From Cyanophora paradoxa CCMP329 (Eukaryota; Plantae; Glaucophyta): a stretch of 64,000 nucleotides of DNA. Position numbers and translations under genes: made by a program. Shown here piece by piece: positions 56,801 through 64,000 of this stretch. The stretch is taken from the NCBI GenBank assembly GCA_004431415.1, contig QPMI01000603.1, forward strand, positions 186,001-250,000. Direction: 5' to 3'. How positions within the stretch are numbered: position 1 is the first letter of the stretch; each line of letters opens with the position of its first letter. The notes below the pieces were generated by a model. It made no database searches. It had not been told where the DNA came from and worked only from the letters and a program-made list of their open reading frames with translations.

Positions 56801-58645
56801 TTCGGCGTTGTGCAGGCTGAGCTGCATTTTGGTCGCTTCGGCGGTCGAAAGCACGCCCGCGAGCTGCTCAGAGGGCATACAACGCTACTTACTGCTGCTG
56901 CGCGAGGCTATTCTCGCGATTTATTTAGAGGTGCGGCCGCACGGGCGCGGTCGCGTCCGTGCGGTCGCGCAAGCAACTGGCTCTAACTGGCGGGGGCCGG
57001 CCTAATATTCCCGGCGAAGCCGGGGGGCTACCCTGTCCGGCCGCCGGGGGATAATTCGGCACGCGCCCCATGACGATTGTTGTCGTGAGATTGCGCAATT
57101 TACGCAATTAACGTGAGGGCCCCCGGGGCCGCGGGTTCGATCCCGCTTGGCCGCGAAACTGGCGACTCGGCTAATTTTGGCACTTCCGGCTCGCACAAAT
57201 CTTCGTCTACGCCTTGCGCGCATACGACGTTTTATGCGGGGCCTCTCGTGCTTTTTTCTCCGCCGAGCGCCCAGAGTATGTAATATATTGATTCACTTCA
57301 ACTCGAGCATCTAGCTATCTCGAGCTGATCGTGAAGAGGGAGCACGGTTCGCGGCGCGAACCGGAGAGGCAATCCCCGTGTGGTCACGGTTTCCTTGCGC
57401 TCTCTAGCCGAGGATACTGGCTGATGCTTCCCCAGGGGTCCACATCGTGTGCGTTTTTTCTAGCGAGCTACTGCGAGTCTAGAATTGCTGTACCCGAGCC
57501 CGGCACCTCGAGGGTGCCGAGCGGGCCTCTTGGAGAGGTGGGGTACAGCGACCGCTGGTAAGTGCAGCGGTCTGAGACTTAGGCAGGAGTTCATTGGTGG
57601 GCCGGGGGGCGGAGCCCGCCGGGCCCAAACCAAGCAAGGGCCAGGTCTCAAGCAGCAGCAGCTAGGTGGAATTTAAAAGTTTTATTCTCGTGCACACGTG
57701 CGAACAGGGTTGCACGGCTGGGAAAGCTGGAACTGAAGTCCGGTTCAAGCGAAGGCGACGCCTTCGGCCTCCAGGGCGACGGTGTAATCGTCGACATAGC
57801 GCTGGGGGACCATCGATGTGAGAGCCCAGCGGCCGTGGCGGCGGAGCCAGGTGGCGGAGGCGCTCTCTGAGGACGAGGAGGATGTCATTGCCGGCGTGCA
57901 GCGTCGCGAGCAGTTCGGCGGTGCAGCTACACACGAGGAAGCTCTGGCCGCACAGCAGTTCCCGAATCTCGAGTTGCCGGTTCCAGACCAGCCAGGCCCC
58001 AGTCGGCACACTCGGCACCGCCGCGGCCCGGTTCCCGTCGTCCCGCTCAACAACGCTACGACAGCCCCTGCCGGTGAGCTCAACGAGTACATTAAGCAGC
58101 AGATTCAGAAGGGCATAGACCGAGGGGTAGAGTCCATTCGGGAGCAGCAGCAGCAAATTGCTCAGGAGCAGCAGCGCGAGCAGCATGAAGCCATGCAGCT
58201 TAAGAATACCTGGCTTCGGGACTTTGCTTTCCAGCTGGCGCAGCTGCGCTTCCAGCTCAAGGGGCTCCTTTCGTGTGTCGCCTGTGCAGCAACCATCAAA
58301 GCATGCTTGAAGTCGCTCGAGGAGCTTAAGAAGAAGATAGATATTCGTGACAAAGGCGGCGAGAAGACAGCCGAGGCGCTCGCAGCCGTGCCGGAGGAGC
58401 TCCGCGCACAGACCGCCTCGATCACCTATGCGCTTCGTGTGGCCGGCGTCGGCGCTGGCAGTTCGTACGCACCAGCTGAGCGCCAGCCGTCTAGCTATCG
58501 GCCCCCGCAGCGGCAGCGCGTCGAACGCGAGCAGGCGCCCACCGCCCAGCGGAACGGCGGCGCGTGCTTTAGGTGCAACCAGCATGGCCACCATGTGAAG
58601 GATTGCACCAACCCGCCGCGCCCGGATTGGCGCGAGAAGAAGTAG
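35884..58645 (+). CDS. Interrupted gag-like gene (35884-36502 joined to 58062-58645): hydrophobic N-terminus, coiled coil, CCHC knuckle
   Basis: The frame ...PLNNAT breaks at 36502. The same sequence recurs at 57864-58061 and continues to CFRCNQHGHHVKDC. Intronless. Confidence 0.75.
38021..39079 (-). CDS. Tyrosine recombinase (element 1)
   Basis: LLRISEV, SKTDQ, CPVRA, HSLRRGGA, HGRW and QRY: the full R-K-H-R-W-Y set in an intact frame. Confidence 0.95.
   Translation of the reverse strand: MHWGSLDLTPHRGADTARRPGDSWGAARSELARWQTAAWAERTRAAASRVWRRYLAFLAAAPEPLHPGDEDSILLFLASAARARQAATGQPLAATTIKNMAAHIWRTLKAARLVDPSQQHSWEYTMTLRGMTRALGRPPRQMRPLVLPQLQAWTATATFRSLPPFERTACLALLALGIAGLLRISEVAALRTGNVTPIISSGGRTMLRVTIASSKTDQAGHGEHILVSPAPAAGPACPVRATAAYACAAARRYGPLPPTAPFFLRGPPSRPRGYDDALGRAIIKLCVGDIGLDPADYSGHSLRRGGARSAVRGGASATWLRRHGRWALTSMVPQRYVDDYTVALEAEGVAFA
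39109..41230 (-). CDS. Reverse transcriptase-RNase H plus degenerate methyltransferase-like tail (element 1), frameshifted
   Basis: KFRLCLD, YDLRKGYYHI, LCFG, YIDD, YLGLEID, LFTDAS, NERELRAV, RSDN; tail LLLPWQPSTTW. Confidence 0.93.
41870..44948 (-). CDS. ORF1/gag region of element 1, intron-containing and frameshifted; N-terminus at 56471-56878
   Basis: Protein-like frames joined by GT-AG introns 43495-43567 and 44001-44070. Helical region 41870-42560. Confidence 0.6.
45945..46625 (+). repeat. ~120-bp tandem repeat (~6 units, alternating A/B dimer) in the 5' region of element 2
   Basis: CCCGGC(A/G)GAG(C/A)CCGGCGCG recurs near 45950, 46072, 46189, 46318, 46435 and 46555. Confidence 0.85.
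46720..47705 (+). CDS. Spliced ORF of unknown function inside element 2
   Basis: Introns 46898-46959 and 47340-47385 join protein-like frames (GLM|SRPADASTMLV is in frame). Confidence 0.55.
48750..51300 (+). CDS. Gag-like region of element 2, frameshifted
   Basis: Low-complexity Pro/Ala region followed by a helical segment (RVTDLAARIKEIESCF...) directly upstream of RT. Confidence 0.5.
51780..53892 (+). CDS. RT-RNase H plus methyltransferase-like tail (element 2), frameshifted
   Basis: KFRLCLD, FDLKKGYYHI, YIDD, LFTDAS, NERELRAI, RCDN, HLPGAANVFADRGSR. Confidence 0.93.
53895..54858 (+). CDS. Tyrosine recombinase (element 2), frameshifted
   Basis: GFLRGAEL, SKTD, CPVRLL, GHSLRRGGAT, HGRW, QGY. 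Confidence 0.9.
57231..57863 (-). mobile_element. Truncated second copy of element 1 (B repeat plus YR 3' end)
   Basis: Near-identical to 37504 to ~38138. Confidence 0.9.
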
Positions 58646-59488
58646 GCGGCTTCCTGTGCCCAGCCTTTCGGGCGCAGCTGTAGAGTGCTAGGTTTTCGTT
58701 TTCGTGTGGCCCTAGTCTTGGCATGTGCATGTGCTCGTAGCTGTGCTGTGCGCATGCTGTGTGTGTGCCATGAAGGAATAAATATGGGCTTTCTTATGTG
58801 TGTTTGAGCTTGCATTGCGTTTGTGGTGCTTTGTGGTGGACACTAGCACTGGCTTGGCCATGTGCATGACTTTGTGATCACTCCAAGAGGCTTGTGATTA
58901 TCTTTTTTTTTTGCAAAAGTGGACGTCGCATTGATACACCACGGCACATGTATCAATGTTCTACGTGACGTGCCCTTCCGACCGGTCATCTATCTAGCCG
59001 AGGGTGCTAGCTAGGTGCCGGCCATGGGTCGCTCAATATGGGAGGTTCGCCTGAGTGGGGGAGCCATGGTTTTCGGTGATAGCCGTAACCAGACCCACGC
59101 GCCCACCCCTTGATCAACTCCTCCATCCCTCATGAGCCCTGGAAGTGAAATGTCTCGCAGTCCGCCGCGCGCCCTCCCTTGCCGCCGCTCCGCCACGCCT
59201 CCTCCTCCCCACTCCGCCTCCTCCCTCCTCCTCACCTGCGCCCCAGGACCCCGATTAATCGGTGTCCCGTTTTGTCGAGGTGAAGAAGGTGGTAGGAGGA
59301 AGATATGAGGAAGGAGAGGGAGTGGGCGGAGGCAGCAGCTTGGGGCGGGCAGCGGATGCGGGCAAGGCAGGGAGAGGTGCCGGGACGGCAGAGTGGAGAG
59401 AGCGTGGGCACTGACAGGCGACGCAGAGAGCTGGGAGTGCGGAGACGAGGCGGGCCGCGAGGGTCGGGAGGGGTCGACCGGTTAGAGG

Positions 59489-59630
59489 GGGGGCCGAGGC
59501 CAGGGGGTGGCCGAAGCCATGGGGTTGGCCGAAGCCAGGGGGTGGCCGAAGCCGATGGGGTGGCCGAAGCCAAAGGGGGGCCGAGGCCATTGGGGGGCCG
59601 AAGCCATAGGGGTGGCCGGAGCCAGCGGGG
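59489..59630. repeat. ~18-bp minisatellite (8 units, core GGCCGAAGCC)
   Basis: Directly visible; lies in the presumed LINE 3' UTR. Confidence 0.85.
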
Positions 59631-62264
59631 GTCTGACACTTGAGGGCCGGTTGGGGCCGGGGGAGACCGTAGGGGCCGAGGGGCAGCGTCTTGCGAGGTC
59701 CCGAGCGGGGGGTCAGCTGAAGCAAGGGGGGGAGGGGAGTTGGCTGCTTGCAGCGTCGTAAGTGGTTTGTACACTCCGGGTGCAAAGAGGACGTGATTGT
59801 GGGTTGCCCCGTGGGTATCGGCACCGTTCGCGCTTTTTTGGTCATGCGCCTGGGAGTCTTGCGGCCGGTTGCCTTTCTTTTTGCCGTAGGTACGGGCGGG
59901 GCGGTGTAGAGGCGGGAGGGGAGGGTCGCGGGGCGCGGGCATTTGGTGCCGGGGCGGAGGGGGTATCGGCTGTCCGTTTACGTGAGGCAGGCGACGGGCG
60001 TGTTCGTTTCGGGGAGGGGCCAGGGGGGCCCCGGAGCGGGGCGTTTGGAAGGTTGGGTAGTGTTCGTAGGACCCGCGGGCGAAGCGGGCAGGATGCCAGT
60101 GTCGGAGTTCTCGTGTGACTGTCGTGCTGGGGTACCGCAGGTGGGAGGCAGGCAGGAGGTGATCTCAGGGCGGGCGGGGCATTTTCCCCGTCTGGCGTCG
60201 GAGTGGGCCTGGAGGGCAGATGCAGAGGCGAACCGAGTGCCGCAGGTGCAGGAGAAGTCAGACGTCCGGCGGCGGGTCCTGCATCGGGCAGCTGGGGGAG
60301 GGGGGCCTGGGGTGAGGGGCGACGGGGAGTCGTGCAATTGCTTGGCGGAAGTTTTCCAAGAGAATCCATGGTTGGCCTTCCGAGCCCAATTCGCAGCAGA
60401 AGTCGGTGATGGAGATGGTATCATGGAGGGAGGGGGCGGGGGGAGGGCGGGGGGGAGGGGGGGGACTGGGCGGCTGCACTAGAGGCGAGCGGGAGGGTTT
60501 GGAGTCTGCATGTTTGCGGTACCGACGTTTGGTTCTGTCATTGATGCCGTGTCGGAGCTCCCAGGCGTGGTTGCGGGCGCAGCGGTCTCTCCAGATCGCA
60601 CGGAGGTGTTGGTCGAGGAGCAGCGCTAGGTCTTTTTGGATTGACGATGAGGTGGTCTTGTTGATGCCCAGAGCTGTGCAGAGGGCAGGCAGTCCTGCCG
60701 GGGTACCGAGGCGCAGGAGAGCGAGGGCGGGGAAGGGAAGCATGTCGGCCAGGGCCGGGCTGAGTTTTTTCCATAGTGTATCGGCGAGGCCGGGGGGGCG
60801 GAAGAGAGCCGGATTTGCGGTGGGGGAGAGAAGGGCGGAATGGAGGGAGAGGCGGGGTCAGGAGAAACGAGGCGGAGGAAGGGGAAGAGTTGAAAGATGG
60901 TATCGTCGTGTCCTAGTGGTTTGGGCGAGTGGCGGAGAACCCGGGTACGGAGGAAGGTCACGAGTGCGTCCTGGAAAGCTTGGAGAAGGAGGCGAGCGGC
61001 GGGGCAAGTAAATATGTGGACGAAGTCTTCGGGGGGGTGGGTTGTGGGGTCGGGCGGTCTGGGGTCTGCGGCCACCGGTGGGGAAAAGGGCGAGGGGGAG
61101 CCCGGGGGGTGCATGTGGCAGGGGCGGGGAGGGGGGGGTGGGGAAGCAGCATCTTCGGGGATGGGGCAGGGGTGGGAGGGAGTGACAGAAGGGCAGTGGG
61201 CGGTGCCGTCGGGAAGAGAGGGCCGTAGAGGTCGGGGTCGTGGAGGAGGCGGATGGTGAGGGAGGGAAGGCTTCCAAGCATGCATTGGAATCTGACTTTG
61301 CGGAGGTGGTCGCCTGTGGGGGTGCGGCGGTCCGGTGGCTTGTCGGACACTAGGGAGAGGGCTGGAGCGAGGGTAACATGGGGGTTGCTGAGGATGGCCC
61401 CCGCGTTGCGAAGTTGGCGCCAGTCAAGGTATTGGGAGAGGGAGGCTTCGGCTAGGAAGTGAGGGCGGGGGTCCCCCTCGACGCGGTACGCGTGGAGTAT
61501 GCCTCGGTAGGGCTCGGCCCCGGGGACTGGGCCGTGGGATAGTGGGGGCGGGAGGCCAACACGGATGAGGAAGCATTTGAAACTGTGGGGAATGAAAAGA
61601 AGGGCGGAGAGGGGGCGTCGGGGCTGTTTTAGCAAGCTTGTCAACGGCGTCATTGTGGCGGTTGTCAGGGTGTAGGCTGGGTTCGGGATACGATTCTTAG
61701 CCGGGGTGCGGGCCGCCTCTTTCTGTGCGGCTGTTTTGGATGTTTTGGCGGACCGTGGTTGCGGCAGGGTGGCTTCACGGTGAGCGGCTTCAGTTAGGAT
61801 GGACGCCGCTTCGAGTGGGGTAACGTGGGACGGCCGGAAGAGACGGCGCGCTGTGGCGGAGGCTTCGTTGCGAGCCAGGTTGGCGAGCTGAGAGGCGAGT
61901 TCTTGGGCGTAGCGGGCGCCGGGAGGGAGGGGGGCGGCGGGCCCTTCGGGGCGGGGCGGGGGAGACTCAAGCACAGTTGGGGAGCGCGGGAGGGCTGGAT
62001 GGTTGGGAGAGGATGGTGGGGAGTCGAGGGTAGGGAGGGTGCCGCCGGTGGAGACTGGGGGGCGGCGCGGCGGATGGGTACGCCCGGGGAAGGTCGGCGG
62101 GGGCCGGAGGGCCGGGAGGGTTGGGCTGCAGCATAGGGGGTCAAGGGTGACGGACCCGTAGCAGAGGCTGAGGGCAATATATTCACGGTATCTGCGGAGC
62201 GCTGCAGCGTCGGCCTGAATGTAGGCTGGGGGCGGGGCAGGTCCGACGGGTAAGTGCTGAGGAG

Positions 62265-63950
62265 CGACTGAGTAGGTCAGCTGTGAGGAGGAGGAGTGGA
62301 CCGCAGGCCGTGCTGTTTGGGGGCTGGAGAACGGAGAGGGATGTCTCCGGGCGTAGATAGGTCCATCTGCAGAAGGGAGTGGGGGGGAGGGGAGATCCAG
62401 AGTCGCGCTGACTCCAAGTGGCCGCCAAGTCTTGTGCAAAGGAGACAAGGTGATCAGGGACGTCGAGGGAGCCATTGTAGAAGTAGAATGAGCGCGTCTG
62501 TGGAAATAGAGCAAGTAGGTGCCAGTGTCCCGGAGGTCTGCTGGAGGAAGGGGTCAGCGAGGGGGCTGGTGGGGTCTGTTGAATTGGGCAATAGGTGAGG
62601 ATGGGGACGAGAACGAGGCGGGCATCGAGGAGTCGTCCGTGGGGGATGTATCGGTGTAGGGGGAGGAGGGCAGAACCCCGAGAGTCGAAGTGGGAGGCTG
62701 CGCTAGCAGGGTAGGAGCTGGACGATAGGAAGTGAGCAGGGTGGGGCGAGGCCAGGGCGGCTTCACGGGAAGAGAGCAGGTCAAAAAAGGCTTCCACGAG
62801 GGGGAGGCTGAGGGGGCATTCGGACGGAGGTATAAAAGGTCGCCTCGTCGAATGAGTGAGTAACAGTGAGGGTCGGCTCGGGGGCGGTGGGAGGGGGGCT
62901 TCGACGCGAGGGTTTGCTCCGCGCAATAATCATTGTCTGCGAAGCGGAAGGCATTCCCCAGCCAGCTTTTCTCCGCCAGCGTCAGCGGGCGAGGGAGGGG
63001 GAATTCAGTCGGGTGGACGGGGGTTCGGCCTGGGGAGGCAAGCGCAGCTGGGTGGGCCGCGGGCGCCGGAGGGCGTGGGATTGAGGAGTGGGCGTGGGAG
63101 GGGGTGGAGGATGCGGGGAGGGGGAGGGAGTTGGGGGACCGGGGGTGTAAGGGCGGGGGGAAGGGGGGGACGGAAGGGAGGGGGGTGGGGTCTCGTTTGC
63201 GTCGGACCCGACGGCGGGCTTTTGCTGCCGTGTGCTGGAGGGGCGGGAGCTGGTGCGTGGGTCGTGCGCTGCCGTTTTGTTGTGAAAGCCGGGCCGTTGG
63301 CCTGGATTGTCCCCAGGAGGACCTCAGGGTCCCGGAGGAGGAGAGCGGCCGCCCAGCGTTCCCGGTAGATGGGGCGTGGAAGGGGATGGGGCGGCCCCGT
63401 CCTTTGCCGTACAGGTGGACTTCCTCGCCGCGGCCAATGAACTCAGCGGCGGTCATGACGAAGAGAGCGTCTTCACCCGTGTGGACGTGTTTCCAAGCTT
63501 GCGTGGGGAAGGTGCTGGTGTCGTATTTCCAGGCCGAGCGTGGAGAGGGGTCGCCAGGGCGGAGGGTCGCCGTCCACCATTTGAGGACCCAGTCTTTAAG
63601 AAGGACCGTGACGTCGGAGGCGGGTTTGCGGGTGACGTCCAGGATGCGGATTTCGCGGAGGCGGGCTGAGATGATTGCTAGTCGCCAGGGTCGGGACCCA
63701 GAGGGTGGTAGGGGAAGGAGAATATAGTCGTACTCCGTTGGGGAGAAGGGGTGCGGGACGTAGGATCGGTCCGTTAGCGGCCGGCCTGCGCGGGTCTTGA
63801 GCGAGAGGGTGGAGGGGGCTGTGCCCATGAGGATTGAGGTTGCGTGGGAGGACGAAAGAAAGAGGCACTTGGGGTGGTGGGGGCGTGCAGCCGGAAGGAG
63901 ACTTGCCGGTTCTGAAGAAGTCTGAAGAAAGCGTCAATGGGTTCTGCAGG
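62265..63950 (-). CDS. Two tandem Ulp1/C48-like protease domains in the LINE ORF
   Basis: Domain 2: GDLLYLRP, HFLSSS, LVLVPI, GHWHLL, FYNGSL, QPPNSTACG. Domain 1: YILLPL..RPWRLAII..RILDV..EDALFVM. Confidence 0.75.
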
Positions 63951-64000
63951 TATGGGTTGTTCGAGGAGAAGGGGTGTGGCCAGGTGGGCCCCAGACCGGG

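Larger units (their letters stand above)
36503..57230 (-). mobile_element. Tyrosine-recombinase retrotransposon 1 (DIRS order, split direct repeats, PAT/Ngaro-type), containing element 2
   Basis: A1 56901-57230, B1 37504-37908, A2 37174-37503, spacer 36907-37173, B2 36503-36906; gag, RT-RNaseH and YR ORFs. Confidence 0.9.
58903..64000 (-). mobile_element. 3' half of a non-LTR (LINE-like) retrotransposon, extending beyond the window
   Basis: Poly(A) (T10 at 58903-58912), 3' stem-loop, intronless frameshifted ORF with a zf-RVT-like motif (LPSLTIRL..HC..C..EDFVHIFTCP) followed by IWRDRC. RT is not in the window. Confidence 0.75.

Noticed and set aside
59489-59630. Mini-CRISPR
   Set aside because: Repeats of about 10 nt with 7-9 nt similar G-rich spacers; a minisatellite.

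Overview
GC-rich eukaryotic (alga/protist-like) genomic DNA, not prokaryotic. Host genes are split by many short (~45-110 nt) introns with CTGAC-type branch points, and many appear to use GC donors. 1.4-10.9 kb: a ~490-bp tandem array with a fold-back end, interrupted by an intact gag-only LTR retroelement (281-bp LTRs, 5-bp TSD), then a second intronless gag-like ORF. 10.8-35.8 kb: host genes, namely a Q-rich protein, a tandem duplication of a class-3 lipase plus RING gene, an ABCD transporter, a TPR-like protein, a START-domain protein, a P-loop protein and an RWP-RK transcription factor with GAF-like and cNMP-like domains. 35.9-64 kb: a transposon nest in which a DIRS-type gag-like gene is interrupted by a split-direct-repeat (PAT/Ngaro-type) tyrosine-recombinase retrotransposon that itself contains a second one, followed by the 3' half of a LINE-like element carrying two Ulp1-like protease domains. 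All calls come from reading motifs by eye; no database search was run. Exon boundaries are approximate and some frameshifts may be sequencing errors.
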